From positions 16,182,001 through 16,246,000 of the forward strand of contig OZ024755.1 of NCBI GenBank assembly GCA_964016885.1: a stretch of DNA of 64,000 bases. The letters run 5' to 3'. Source of the stretch: Eledone cirrhosa. Taxonomy: Eukaryota. Below the pieces are notes generated by a model. It was not told the origin of the DNA. It saw nothing but the letters and a program-made list of their open reading frames with translations, and did not search any database. A program made the position numbers and the translations under genes. Positions 12,640 to 26,504 of this stretch are shown piece after piece (within the stretch, counting starts at the first letter, position 1; each line of letters starts with the position of its first letter).

Positions 12640-13292
12640 GTATGTGTGTGTGTATGTGTGTGCGTGTGAAATGTGAAATGACGTACAGGACGGTTGTTCA
12701 AACATTGCCGTCGCAAAGAATGATGGGAGAATAAATCTCTGAATGGACGCCAAAGTATAAACATAGGCAACCACCAACCATTAGTCAACCGTACCCCACA
12801 CACCTTCAACACATACACTTACATATACACACACGCACACAGCCAAGCTCTCACGTATACACACACACACACATACTCACTAAGCCACAGACACACTCAT
12901 ACAAACACACACCTTCAACACATGCACACTCACATATACACACATGCATACATACACACACAGACACACTCATACAAAAACAGACACTCATTGTCACACG
13001 CACATACACAGAGCCAAAGACCACTAACACAAACGCACACACGTATTCGCACACACATACATACACACAGCTACATACACGCTCTCACACATACACACAT
13101 AAAGCAACAGACACACTCACACGTATTCACACACAAAGTCACAGATATGTTCTTACACAAATACACATACTTTCTCTCCCCCACACACACAGTCACTCAC
13201 TTTCACACACACACACACACACTTCTAGTAGTCGCATTGTTTTGGCAAACATGCATAGCAAGCAATTGTGTGATATGAATGCAACTAACTAG

Positions 13293-14590
13293 ATGGTAGT
13301 GTTGGTGGTGGTTGTGTTGGTGGTGGTTGTTGTGCTGGTGGTTGTGCTGGTCTGGTGGTGGTGGTGGTTGTGCTGGCGGTGGTTGTTGTGCTGGTGGTTG
13401 TGCTGGTGGTTGTGCTGGTGGTGGTTGTGTTGGTGGTGTTTGTGTTGGTGGTGGTTGTGTTGGTGGTGGTTGTGTTGGTGGTGGTTGTGTTGGTTGTGTT
13501 GGTGGTGGTTGTGTTGGTGGTGGTTGTGTTGGTGGTGGTTGTGTTGGTGGTGGTTGTGTTGGTGGTGGTTGTGTTGGTGGTGGTTGTGTTGGTGGTGGTT
13601 GTGTTGGTGGTGGTTGTGCTGGTGGTGGTTGTGCTGGTGGTGGTTGTGTTGGTGGTGGTTGTGTTGGTGGTGGTTGTGTTGGTGGTGGTTGTGTTGGTGG
13701 TGGTTGTGTTGGTGGTGGTTGTGTTGGTGGTGGTTGTGTTGGTGGTGGTTGTGTTGGTGGTGGTTGTGCTGGTGGTTGTGGTGGTGCTGGTGGCGGTTGT
13801 GCTGGTGGTGGTTGTGCTGGTGGTGGTTGTGCTGGTGGTGGTTGTGCTGGTGGTGGTTGTGCTGGTGGTGGTTGTGCTGGTGGTGGTTGTGCTGGTGGTG
13901 GTTGTGCTGGTGGTGGTTGTGCTGGTGGTGGTTGTGCTGGTGGTGGTTGTGCTGGTGGTGGTTGTGCTGGTGGTGGTTGTGCTGGTGGTGGTTGTGCTGG
14001 TGGTGGTTGTGCTGGTGGTGGTTGTGCTGGTGGTGGTTGTGCTGGTGGTGGTTGTGTTGGTGGTGGTTGTGTTGGTGGTGGTTGTGTTGGTGGTGGTTGT
14101 GTTGGTGGTGGTTGTGTTGGTGGTGGTTGTGTTGGTGGTGGTTGTGCTGGTGGTGGTTGTGGTGGTGGTGGTTGTGGTGGTGGTGGTTGTGCTGGTGGTG
14201 GTTGTGGTGGTGGTGGTTGTGCTGGTGGTGGTTGTGCTGGTGGTGGTTATGGTGGTGGTGGTTGTGCTGGTGGTGTTTGTGGTTGTGGTGGTTGTGGTGG
14301 TTGTGGTGGTGGTGCTAGTGTTGGTGGTGATGGTAGTAGTGGTGGTGGTGTTGATGTTAGTGTTGGTGATTATGTTAGTGGTGGTGATAGTGTTGATGGT
14401 GATAGTGGTGGTGATAGTGTTGATGGTGATAGTGGTGGTGTTGGTGGTGGTGATGATGGTGGTGTTGGTGGTGGTGGTGATGATGTTAGTGGTGGTGGTG
14501 GTGGTGGTGGTACTAGTGGTGGTAGTGATGGTGGTGGTGGTAGTGTTGGTGGTAGTGTTGGTGGTGGTGGTAGTGTTGGTGGTGGTGTTA
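13293..14590. repeat. 15-bp minisatellite (ggtggtggttgtgyt)n decaying into (GGT/GAT)n
   Basis: Directly visible; explains the Thr-, Val-, Gly/Cys- and Trp-rich ORFs. Confidence 0.95.
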
Positions 14591-15044
14591 ATGGTTGACG
14601 CCACCGATTTTTTGTTTGTTCCCGTGTAGCAATTCATGTATTCTGTCAAGCAATGACAGCTTAGGGATGTGGTGTTGTTGTGTCGTATTGGTGGTGGTTG
14701 TGATGGTAGTAGTAGTGATGTGGTGTGGTGGTGGTGGTGTTGGTGTTGTGGTGGTGGTGGTGTCGTATTGGTGGTTTTGATGGTTGGGGTAGTGGCGTGA
14801 TGGTTGTGTTGGTGATAGTAGTGGTGATGGTGGTGGAGTTGGTGGTGATTGTGGTCGTGGTCGTGATAGTGCCGGTAGTGACGGCGGAGGTGGTGGTGCT
14901 GATGAAGGAATTGTCTGCTATGATGATGATGATAGTGGTGGTGGTGACGTGTATGAAGCAACAAATGTGAATGTAACAGAATATTATTCTGATTCATTAA
15001 CAAAACTAAGGATTCTGGGATTGTTTCATCAACGAAGAAGTTAC

Positions 15045-15280
15045 GTAGCTTAGTGGTTAAAGTGCTCGGCTTAAACCGTTTCCTGGCATCACATTGTGTC
15101 CTTCAGCAAGACACTTTATTCCATTCAACTAAGCCTGAGAAAATATATAATAATTGTACCTGTGATTCAAAAGGCCAGCCTTAACCATGTCACACACCGT
15201 GCATGCAGAATCTCCCTGAGAATTACGTCATGGGTGCACGTGTTTGTGATACGCTCAGCTCAGCTACGAATGTCATGAAA
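15045..15280 (+). mobile_element. Second tRNA-derived SINE family with CORE-like domain, diverged
   Basis: A-box tagcttagtggttaa and ttgtgtccttcagcaagacacttt; related pieces at 23530-23700, 31040-31370, 46360-46570 and 58370-58655. Confidence 0.65.
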
Positions 15281-16322
15281 GGCCATTGACATTATATAAA
15301 AATAATTGAGCAATATCTAATAAAAACTAAACACACTATTAAAAGAAGAAGAAGAAGAAGAAAAAGAATCATCAAACAATGAAAGAACGGGGGGGGGGAC
15401 AGACAGACACTACACCTCAGTTTGAGCGGTACTTCAGCCGCGCCCCGCGGAAAAAACGGCAAAAGCGTCACCGCGGTCAAAGTACGTTGATTTCACGACG
15501 AGGAAGTTGTTCTGTTGATCAAATAACTGGTCTATTCCTCGTCGAAACTGTCGAAGGCCCTACAATATTTATTCATTGATGAAACTAAAGCAATATTGGG
15601 ATTTATTTTCAGTCAACTCTCTCACAATCTACAAACATTGTAAATTGTCAATGAAATAAATTTTCCCTTCATTTTGTTACTGTTGCTGCGGTTGTTATTG
15701 ATGCTGTTGTTGCTGTTGCAGCTGCTGCTGCGGTTGTTATTGATATTGTTGTTGCTACTGTCATTGATGTTGTTGTTGTTGCAGCCACGGTTGCTGCTGT
15801 TGTTCTTGTTATTGGTGCCGTAGTTGATGATGGCGTTGTTGGTGGTGGTGCTGTTGCTGTTGTTATTGCTGTCGTCGTTGTTGTTGTTGCTGCTGTGTTG
15901 CTATTGTTGCTGCTGCTGCTGTTCTTATTGCTGCCGTTATTGTTGTTGCTGCTGTTGTTGTTGTTGCTATTGCTGTCGTTATTGTTGTTGTTATTGTTGC
16001 TGTTATTGTTGCTGTCGTTTCTAATATTTATATTTCTACTCTCCTGTTCTCTTTCTCTTTCCTTCCTCTTTCCTTTCTTTCCCTCTCTCTCTTTCCCTCG
16101 CCATCTCAATCACAACATCCAACAAAAACAACAAACAAAGGCAAAATACTTTGCTTACAATATCAACCTGGATGTAGACATATAAGAGGTAGACACCCCC
16201 CCCCCACCACCACCACCACCACCACCACCATAACCTCAATGGCTAAAAAGACTCCCATGGGAAGATGGATTGGGTGGACCAAAGCTATACGGACTCCCAA
16301 AAATAATGATTAGGTAAGAAAA

Positions 16323-17678
16323 ATGGTCGCATATGCAATAGGGGCTAGTATCAAAACTACCCTAAAGGGCCACATATTCAAGTTCAACGAGAAGATCTAC
16401 ACCCAAAATGAGGGAGCAGCCATTGGCGTCAGCATAGCTGGTGACGTTGCCAACCTTTTTTTTATGGTATGGTGGGAAAGGAGACTTAAATATCTCCTTG
16501 AGGAGAGGTCCATAGACCTCATCATGTACTCTCGTTACGTAGACGATATCAATATAGTAATAAGAACATCCCCACAAGAGAGTACTAACAAGTTTGATTT
16601 AAAACGTAGCACAATGGAAAGCATCCAGCAGATAGCTAATTTCATACACCAGAGTATAACTGTAACTATCGACTACCCTTTCAAACAACCTAACAATACA
16701 CTACCTGTATTAGACACGGGACTCTGGATTAACACTATTGACGAGAGAGCCCAAATTCTCCACTAACACTATGCTAAACCCATGGCCTCCAAATACATGA
16801 TACGCAAAAACTCAGCAATGTCCAGTAGTGCTAAGTTTAATATTCTGATCGCAGACTTGGTACGAGTGATGAAGAACGTGTCCCGCATGTGCGACCCAAC
16901 AGAAATGGAAAGACACATCCAACACTTCATCAACCGCATGCAGTTCTCTGGCTACAACCAAAGAGACAGAATCAGAGTATACGAAGGAGCCACGGAGAAG
17001 TATAAGACCCTCATAGAACTGGACATGAAAGGAATTTGCCTATTATACAGGAGAAAATCATGGAATAGCTTAGATAGGGCTAGACATAAGATAGGGAAAG
17101 CCACCTCATGGTACGACAACCAAAGATACCAGAGTGTCATGTTTGTGGACGCTACCCCTGGAGGGAAATTAGTTAACCAGTGTAGAAAGGACCTGAGAAA
17201 GACCCACTTAAAGATTAAGGTGGTAGAAATGCCAGGAACCACCATAAAATCCCTGATCAGCAAAACCTACCCTTTTAAGAAAACCCACTCTACTAATAGG
17301 AAATGTGTTATATGTAAAGTAAATCTCCGGATAAACTGTAAAACTAGAAACGTAGTCTATAGCATAAGATGTACAGAAGGTACTTGCAGAAACATGATAA
17401 CAACATACATAGGCGAGACAGCACGTAGCATAGGTGAAAGGATAGACCAACACTGGGGGGAACTAAAAGGACGAAAAAACGGTTCAGTACTATACGAACA
17501 CGCCAGACAACAACATGACAGTAACATAGACAACATAGAAATTAGAATAATATCTAAACATAGAAATGACCCAGAAGATAGGCAAATCAGAGAGGCCAGT
17601 GAAATAGAACTTAGAAGGCCAAGGCTAAACAACAAGACCCAAACAAACAACACTGGCCTAAGAAGTATAAATAAATAA
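16323..17678 (+). pseudogene. PLE reverse transcriptase / GIY-YIG endonuclease ORF with premature stop
   Basis: FKFNEKIYTQNEGAAIG, YSRYVDD, LPVLD, HYAKPMAS, QFSGY, CVIC...C, NVVYSIRC...YIGETARSIGERIDQH. In-frame TAA at 16764-16766 is TCA in copy 2. Confidence 0.9.
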
Positions 17679-17920
17679 GTAAATAGATAAATAAATAAAT
17701 ACATACACAAGCAAAGTAACAACATACAAACATAAACACACACCAGTAAAGATAGAATACATTAACCAATACACAGTCACCCAAACACGAACACACATCA
17801 AACAAAACACTATACACACACGCAAACGCATGCGCAAAGAAGACAAAAAAATAGACAAATAAAGATATAAATAGACTAAATAAAGATGGCGTAGACATAC
17901 AATGCAACGGGAGGAAACAA

Positions 17921-17972
17921 TAGCACTACTGACGATGTTGCAGATGTGCAACGAAAGAACTTTGATAGACTA
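17921..17972 (+). ncRNA. Hammerhead motif in PLE 3' region (family A)
   Basis: CTGACGA-t-gttgca-gatg-tgcaac-GAAA-gaacTT-tgatagacta. Confidence 0.75.
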
Positions 17973-18039
17973 TATATATGTGTTTGTGTCTATATTGTAT
18001 CTGTATTTTTGACCGTTGGTCAGTCAATGGCAACATTTG

Positions 18040-18145
18040 ATATATAAATATATATAAATATATACATATATATATGAATATATATATACATATATATATA
18101 AATATATTTATATATATATAAATATATATATAAATATATTTATAT

Positions 18146-18178
<33 letters not shown>

Positions 18179-18181
18179 TAC

Positions 18182-18262
<81 letters not shown>

Positions 18263-18339
18263 TATATAAATATATTTATATATATATAAATATATAAATA
18301 TATATATATATATACATATATATATAAATATATTTATAT

Positions 18340-18378
<39 letters not shown>

Positions 18379-18399
18379 AATATATATATATGAATATAT

Positions 18400-18436
<37 letters not shown>

Positions 18437-18449
18437 AATATATATATAA

Positions 18450-18485
<36 letters not shown>

Positions 18486-18667
18486 GAATATATATAAATA
18501 AATATATATATGAATATATATAAATATATATATATATAACTATATATAAATATATATGAATATATATATAAATATATATATAAATATATATATAAATATA
18601 TATATATATATATGAATATATATATAAATATAAATATATATATAAATATATATGAATATATATATAA

Positions 18668-18712
<45 letters not shown>

Positions 18713-18717
18713 TAAAT

Positions 18718-18750
<33 letters not shown>

Positions 18751-18753
18751 TAA

Positions 18754-18784
<31 letters not shown>

Positions 18785-18785
18785 A

Positions 18786-18818
<33 letters not shown>

Positions 18819-18826
18819 AAATATAA

Positions 18827-18858
<32 letters not shown>

Positions 18859-18903
18859 TATATATATAAATATATATATAAATATATATGAATATATATA
18901 TAA

Positions 18904-18936
<33 letters not shown>

Positions 18937-18977
18937 AATATATATATAAATATATAAATATATATAAATATATATAT

Positions 18978-19008
<31 letters not shown>

Positions 19009-19068
19009 AATATATATATATAAATATATAAATATATATAAATATATATATATATAAATATATATATA

Positions 19069-19099
<31 letters not shown>

Positions 19100-19100
19100 G

Positions 19101-19133
<33 letters not shown>

Positions 19134-19134
19134 G

Positions 19135-19173
<39 letters not shown>

Positions 19174-19202
19174 GAATATATATATATAAATATATATATA
19201 TA

Positions 19203-19238
<36 letters not shown>

Positions 19239-19263
19239 TATATATATAAATATATATGAATAT

Positions 19264-19325
<62 letters not shown>

Positions 19326-19822
19326 GAATATATATATATATATATGAATATATATATATATGAATATATATATGAATATATATATATATATGAATATATA
19401 TATATATGAATATATATATATATGAATATATATATATATATGAATATATATATATATATGAATATATATATATATATGAATATATATATATATATGAATA
19501 TATATATATATATGAATATATATATATATATATGAATATATATATATATATATGAATATATATATATATATATGAATATATATATATATATATGAATATA
19601 TATATATATGAATATATATATATATATATGAATATATATATATATGAATATATATATATATATGAATATATATATATATATGAATATATATATATATATG
19701 AATATATATATATATATGAATATATATATATATGAATATATATATATATGAATATATATATATATATATATATGAATATATATATATGAATATATATATA
19801 TATATGAATATATATATATATA

Positions 19823-19856
<34 letters not shown>

Positions 19857-19940
19857 TATATAAATATATATATATATATATATATGAATATATATATATA
19901 TATAAATATACATATATGAATATGAATATATATATATATG
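18040..19940. repeat. Punctuated (TA)n satellite (AA then TGAA interruptions)
   Basis: Directly visible. Confidence 0.95.
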
Positions 19941-20207
19941 ACAACGAATAAGAAGAGAGAGCGATATATGCCATACAATGAAAGTTATTCTTTGTGAAAA
20001 AGGCTTCAGAATCTAGGTGGATCGTGAGAGCAGATGTTAGAAGTGGTATGGAAAGAAATGGAGGTTTTGTTATGGTTTTGTTATGGTTTTGTGTTGCTGT
20101 TGTACTTGTTATATTTTGTGGTGTTGTAGTTTTTATTATATTTTGCTGTTGTTGCTGTTTTGTTTTGTATATATACATGTGTGTGTGCGTGTGCGTGTAT
20201 ATATGTA

Positions 20208-20242
<35 letters not shown>

Positions 20243-20489
20243 ATATATATATTTGTATATTGTTTTGCGAGGTTTTTGATATGAAATCGTGTGTTGAAAC
20301 ATATATTTTTATACTTGGGGAGGGTCATATTATTGTAATAATATTGCCAGTATTAATAACAGAACACACTCACTGTTTGGTTGGTTGTTTCGTCTGTATC
20401 TTTTATATCTCCACAGTTAATTCGTTTGGTCCTCAATGTTTATCATTGGCTGACCAACGGTCAAAAATACAGATATAAATACATATATG

Positions 20490-20541
20490 TAATCTAACGA
20501 AGTTCTTTCGTTGCACATCTGCAACATCAGCAGTGATACTA
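20490..20541 (-). ncRNA. Hammerhead motif, family A, core variant CTGCTGA
   Basis: tagtatca-CTGCTGA-t-gttgca-gatg-tgcaac-GAAA-gaacTT. Confidence 0.6.
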
Positions 20542-21135
20542 TTATGTTTCCTCCTGTTGTATTGTATGTCTACGCCATTTTTATTTTATCTGTTTATTTA
20601 TTTTAGTCTTCTCTGCGCATGCGTTTGCGTGTGTGTGTTCGCGTTTGGGTGACTGTGTTTTGGTTATTGTATTCTATGTTAGTTTACTAGTGTATGTTTA
20701 TATGTATCTGTTGTTATTGTACTTGTGTATATATTTATTTATATTGCTCTTAAGTCAGCATTGTTTGTTTGGGTGTTGTTATTCCATTCATTTTTTCTGT
20801 TTAGCTCTGTCCTTCTGAGCTCTATTTCGCTTGCCTCTCTGATTCGCCTAACTGCTGTTGTCATTTCTATGTTTAGATATTATTTTAATTTCTATGTTGT
20901 CTATGTTACCGTCATGTTGTTGTCTGGCGTGTTCGTATAATACTGAATCGTTTTTTCGTCCTTTTAATTCCCCCCAGTGTGGGTCTATCCTTTCTCCTAT
21001 GCATGTTGTTGTCATGGTTCTGCAAGTACCCTCTGTACATCTTATGCTATAGCCTACATTTATAGTTTTACAGTTTATCCGTGGGTTTACTTTACATATA
21101 ACACATTTCCTATTAGTACAGTGGGTTTTCTTAAA

Positions 21136-21375
21136 AGGCTACCAGAATTATCTGTGGATAGACACACTACCTCACCATCCCTTGTGCGCTGCTTGAGGCT
21201 AACTAAGCCTTCTACAGGTTTTCTTCCAACTTGTTGGACCTCTGGTCTGCTTTGTCTCTTAGTATATTGGTCTACTATTTGTCTAATCTTATTTCTAGCT
21301 ATCGTGAACTGTGCCTCTGTCTCATCATCTATTTGTTGTGGTATACAAACCCTTTTATTAAAAGGTAACCTTCCA
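21136..21375 (-). pseudogene. PLE ORF N-terminal fragment (DKG-motif region)
   Basis: EGLVSLKQRTRDGEVVCLSTDNSG resembles the GLxSL...TDKSG motif upstream of PLE RT. Confidence 0.65.
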
Positions 21376-22379
21376 AACACCCTAACAATAGACTACCTGT
21401 ATTAGACACAGAACTCTGGATTAACACTAAAGACGAGAGAGCCCAAATTCTCCACTCACACTACGCTAAACCCATGGCCTCCAAATACCTGATACTCAAA
21501 AACTCAGCAGTGTCCAGTAGTGCTAAGTTTAATATTCTGATCGCAGACTTGGTACGAGTGGTGAAGAACGTGTCCCGCATGTGCGACCCAACAGACATGG
21601 TAAGACGCATCCAACACTTCATCAACCGCATGCAGTTCTCTGGCTACAACCAAAGAGACAGAATCAGAGTATACAAAGGAGCCACGGAGAAGTATAAGAC
21701 CCTCATAGAACTGGACATGAAAGGAATTTGCCCATTATACAGGAGAAAATCGTGGAATAGCTTAGATAGGACTAAACATAAGATAGGGAAAGCCACCTCA
21801 TGGTACGACAACAAGAGATACCAGTGTCATGTCCGTGGACGCTACCTCTGGAGGGAAATTAGCTAACCAATGTAGAAAGGACCTGAGAAAGACCCACTTA
21901 AAGATTAAAGTGGTAGAAAAGCCAGGAACTACCATAAAATCTCTGATCAGCAAAACATACCCTTTTAAGAAAACCCACTGTACTAATAGGAAATGTGTTA
22001 TATGTAAAGTAAACCCCCAGATAAACTGTAAAATTAGAAATGTAGTCTATAGCATAAGATGTACAGAGGGTACTTGCAGAAACATGACAACATACATAGG
22101 CGAGACAGCTCGAAGCATAGGAGAAAGGATAGACCAACACTGGGGGAATTAAAAGGACGAAAAAACGGTTCAGTACTGTACGAACACGCCAGACAACAAC
22201 ATGACGGTAACATAGACAACATAGAAATTAAAATAATATCTAAACATAGAAATGACCCAGCAGATAGGCAAATCAGAGAGGCAAGCGAAATAGAGCTCAG
22301 AAAGCCAAAGCTAAACAGAAAAAATGAATGGAATAACAACAACACCCAAACAAACAATACTGACTTAAGAGAAATATAA
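21375..22379 (+). pseudogene. PLE RT thumb plus GIY-YIG, frameshifted
   Basis: ORF pieces 21474-21866, 21829-22152 and 22059-22379 together align to copy 1; frameshifts near 21825 and 22145. Confidence 0.9.
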
Positions 22380-22582
22380 ATAAATAAATATATACACAAG
22401 CACAATAACAACAAACACATAACACACACTAGTAAACTAAGATAGAATACAACAACCAAAACGCAGTCACCCACACCAAACACACACGTAAACGCATGCG
22501 CAGAGAAGACAAAAATAAATAGATAAATAAACAGATAAAATAAAAATGGCGTAGACATACAATACAACAGGAGGAAACATAA

Positions 22583-22634
22583 TAGTACCACTGATGATGT
22601 TGCAGATGTGCAACGAAAGAACTTTGTTAGACTA
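22583..22634 (+). ncRNA. Hammerhead motif, family A, canonical core
   Basis: tagtacca-CTGATGA(22591)-t-gttgca-gatg-tgcaac-GAAA-gaacTT-tgttagacta. Confidence 0.8.
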
Positions 22635-22969
22635 TATATATGTATTTATATGTTTGTTTGACCGTTGGTCAGCCAATGATAAACATTGAGGGCTAAATGA
22701 ATTAACTGAGGAGATATAAAAGCTACAGAAGCGAAAACCAACCCAACAGTGAGGGTGTTCTGTTTATTATTTTTGGTAATATTGGCCTTGTGCCAATAGT
22801 AGAAACAATTATTTTTGGTAATATTATTAAAACAATATGACCCTCCCCAAGTATAACAAAGTGTGTGTGTGTGTCTGTGTCTGTGTCTGTGTGTTTTGAA
22901 TCATGGAAACATTTCTCACAAAAGTGAACCAAGTTTATGATAAATTATAAGATTACAGCAGATCTTAAA

Positions 22970-23510
22970 TAATTGTTTCTACTTTTGGCAAAAGGCAAGT
23001 AATTACCCCAGTGCATTACTGGTGCTTTATTTTATCGACCCCTGTAACGATGAAAGGGAAAGTTAATCTCGGCGGGATTTGAACTCAGACCGTAAAGGGG
23101 CTTAAATAATATCGGAAAATATAATAGCAAATAATGGTTTCTGATTTAGGCACAAGGTCAACAATTTTGGGGGAAGGGAAAGTCGATTAAATTCACCCCA
23201 GTACGTTACTGGTATGTTATTTTATCAGCCCCGTAAGGATGAAAGGTGAAGCGAACGTCAGCAGGATTTGAACTCAGAATGTAAATTGATGTAAATCTAT
23301 GCCCCAAAGCATAGATTTACCAATTACTGTCAACCCATCGCCCCTACACCAGATGAATAATGGTTTCTGATTTAGGCATAAGGCCAACAATTTTTGTTGG
23401 GGGGGGGGGGGGTCGATTTAATCGACCCCAGTGTGTTACTGCTACTCTATTTTATCGACCCTCGTAAGGATGAAAGGCAAAGCTAACCTCGACGGGATTC
23501 GAACCCAGAA
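22970..23510 (-). mobile_element. Three tandem Meta-like SINE copies
   Basis: Three repeats of ttttatcgaccc..taaggatgaaaggcaaag..aacctcggcgggatttgaactcaga. Confidence 0.82.
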
Positions 23511-24876
23511 AGGATCAGCCTTCTGAAGCTAAATCTACCTCAGAATTATGTTAAGGGGTTAAGGACGTACACGTGTGTGAAATGATCAACCAATGAATCT
23601 ACCTTAGAATTACGTTAAGGGCACACGTGTCTGTGGAATGACCAACCACTTGCACATTAATTCGACGAACAGGGTATTCTGTGTTCCTACATCTAGAACA
23701 TTCACCATCGAAACTGATGGAAGTCCATTCCATATGATTTTATCACTCTATGTACTATGAAATACCACACACTGCCAGTTTACGTAGTTGCCTACGTTCT
23801 AGTCACATCAGCTATATCTCCCCTAAACCACATCCTATCGTCATAGAAGACTAAGGCTTCAAAACTGGTTCACATCTTTCGTTTAATGGCTTAATTGAAG
23901 CTTAGGTATGGAGGAGCCCATCTCCTCTCCAGGTCTGAAAACAAAACAAGAAATAGAAGTCACATTGGATAACGTGGTCCTAGATACACTGTCTGTAAAT
24001 CTAGGACGATGGGTTGATCATGAGTGGAACGCTTTTTGATCAAAGGCCTACTTGATCAGAGCTAACCAAGGGCTAAAATACAGTAATGAATATTTTTATT
24101 AGTTTAATGATTGATAGCTAAGAAACTTTGCCTTTCATCCCTTCCGGGTCGATAAAAAAAGTACCAGTCAAGTACTGGGGTCGATTCTTCCTTTATATCT
24201 CTTTCTCACTTCCATTCTCTCACTCTCTCTATCTTTCTCTGGAAGAAATATGCTGTGTTCAGACCAGGAGAAAAATGGGCTCCTCCAGGTTTAAAATGAC
24301 CAAGACACACCGTATATCACAACGGCGCCCCTACTACTCTATCAACAGTTAAGTGTCCATGTTTGGATAATATATAATGTATCCAGGACTATTTATATAT
24401 CGTCCTGGATACACACGTTTCGTTTTCCTTTTAAGTCGATAGAAATGGATTTGAGGGAGATTTGGTTGGTACTTCTAGCAGATCGAGCGACAACGTTGGA
24501 GGCCTCATGTTTCGATCGGGGGGAAGAGGGGGGGGGGGGATAAGGTAGGTGGGGGTCCTCCTAGTTCTTTCGTCTGGCACACGCCGCGGAGGTAGAGCGA
24601 AGCAACATTGCAAGTGCACTGTCGCTGCAGATGCCTGTTGCTGCTGTGACTGCTGCATTTGTTGTTGCTACAGCAGCAACGACAGCAGTAGTTGTTGCTA
24701 CAGCAGCAGCTGAAGCAGCAACGGCAGCAGTAGCAGCTGAAGCAAACCGTGCGTTGTGATTGGTCAGATGAAGCAAAGGAGATCACTAGCACATCATCTT
24801 CAGCTGAGATATGGCAACATCACTAACTGACATATACATACATAAACACACACACACACACACACAAATATACATG

Positions 24877-25068
<192 letters not shown>

Positions 25069-25414
25069 TCTGTATGCATACATATATCTATATATATATA
25101 TACATATATATATACGAATTCATACACAAACGTATATCTACATATGCATATATTTTTGTTTGTGTATGTATGCGTGTGTTTGTGTGTGCGCACATATACG
25201 AATGTATGATTGTATGTATGTGTGTATGTGAATCATGTGTATGTGTATGTGTATGCATGTGTGTATGTGAATCGTGTTTGCTTAGATATGCCACAGCCCA
25301 GAGCTCTACCACCACCAACACTACTACTACTACTACTACTTGCTCAATGCTAAATATGGAAGTTGTCATTCACAAAAGCTCACATTATGTGACATTCTTC
25401 CTGTTCATAAACAC

Positions 25415-25640
25415 CACCGACACCGCCCTCTACATTACCACGCACACTACCACCGACCTCTACATTACCACGCACACTACCACCGACACCGCCATCTACA
25501 TTACCACGCACACTTCCACCGACACCGCCATCTACACTACCACCGACCTCTACATTACCACGCACACTACCACCGACCTCTACACTACCACGCACACTAC
25601 CACCGACACCGCCATCTACACTGCCACCGCCATCTCCACA
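25415..25640. repeat. 27-33 bp C-rich minisatellite
   Basis: ctacattaccacgcacactaccaccgac repeated. Confidence 0.85.
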
Positions 25641-25829
25641 CAGTTACATAACGCATCGTCCGGTCCGGGAATCGAATTCACAACCTCGTGATTGCGAATC
25701 CATTTCTCTACCCACCAAGCCAGGCGCTGTCACAAATATCTTTGTAAAAATATCTGGACAGGTTTGCACCAGCTTCAACATTCGCTCATCAGGTGAAGGG
25801 GGATAGGTGTTGGTGCCCACACCGCTAAG

Positions 25830-26073
25830 GAAAATAAATTGCTGGACATGTTTTACGGGTAAAACCAACCGGCAGGAGACTCAGGAGTAGAACAGGAACA
25901 ATATGGTTGGATAGCATCCATGAACTTAGTTGGGTCGCGCTTAGGAGTACATCTAGATCAAGTGGGGACAGTTGCTTCTGATATGACCCGCTGGAAGGCG
26001 TGCTTGAGGACTCTGCCTTCATGACCCTCCCAGCAATAAGTGGGAGAAGAACAAAAACTACTACTACTACTAC
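25830..26073 (+). mobile_element. RTE LINE 3' end with (CTA)n tail
   Basis: KPTGRRLRSRTGTIWLDSIHELSW...RWKACLRTLP resembles the RTE C-terminal GRRPRGRPRTRWxD motif; ends in ctactactac. Confidence 0.7.
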
Positions 26074-26504
26074 AAAATCCTCGACCCAATGATTATTTTT
26101 TTAAATGTTTATAAAATAAAATATATGACCCAATAATTAATTAAAATGTTAATGAATGATATATAGTTGACCAAATAATTAATTAAAAATCTAATGAATT
26201 AATAATTTGAACCAATATTAACGAAGAAAAAGAAAAGAAGTTCCTTTTCACATATATGATCTGAATTTCAATGTGATTTACACAGTTAATTATATCATTG
26301 CTATGAATTCCTGAAAGAAATTCTGTTGCCAGGTAACTCGTATGTTTATGAAAATGTTTCAATTGTATTTTAGTTTTACCTGTAACTTATACAATTTCTC
26401 TGGCACACCTAGAATGCATTCACATCCGCACATGCATCCGTATGTGGTTGACGGCTGAGAGAAAAGCGTATTCAATACTGAAGTAAAGTTTAAATATTCA
26501 TTTA

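Larger units (their letters stand above)
16250..18040 (+). mobile_element. Penelope-like element (Naiad-like), 5'-truncated copy 1
   Basis: RT C-terminal motifs, thumb, Cys linker, GIY-YIG, AC-rich 3' UTR and hammerhead, ending in a 1.9-kb (TA)n-derived tract. Confidence 0.9.
20245..22860. mobile_element. Penelope-like element copy 2 with inverted, internally deleted partner
   Basis: 21375-22860 (+) matches copy 1 from the thumb through GIY-YIG and 3' UTR. 20245-21135 (-) is an inverted copy of its 3' part. 21136-21375 (-) is an N-terminal ORF fragment. Confidence 0.9.

Noticed and set aside
13285-15003. 572-aa Thr-rich mucin-like ORF and overlapping Gly/Cys, Val and Trp ORFs
   Set aside because: Open in several frames on both strands because of a 15-bp stop-free minisatellite; no signal peptide, domain or splice evidence.
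16764-16766. Possible recoded stop (selenocysteine-type readthrough reported for some Naiad PLEs)
   Set aside because: The codon is TAA, not TGA, and is TCA in copy 2, so it is a simple nonsense mutation.
18140-20328. 600-aa YI-repeat ORFs (also 33850-38329 and 47189-48915)
   Set aside because: Translations of TA/CA microsatellites.
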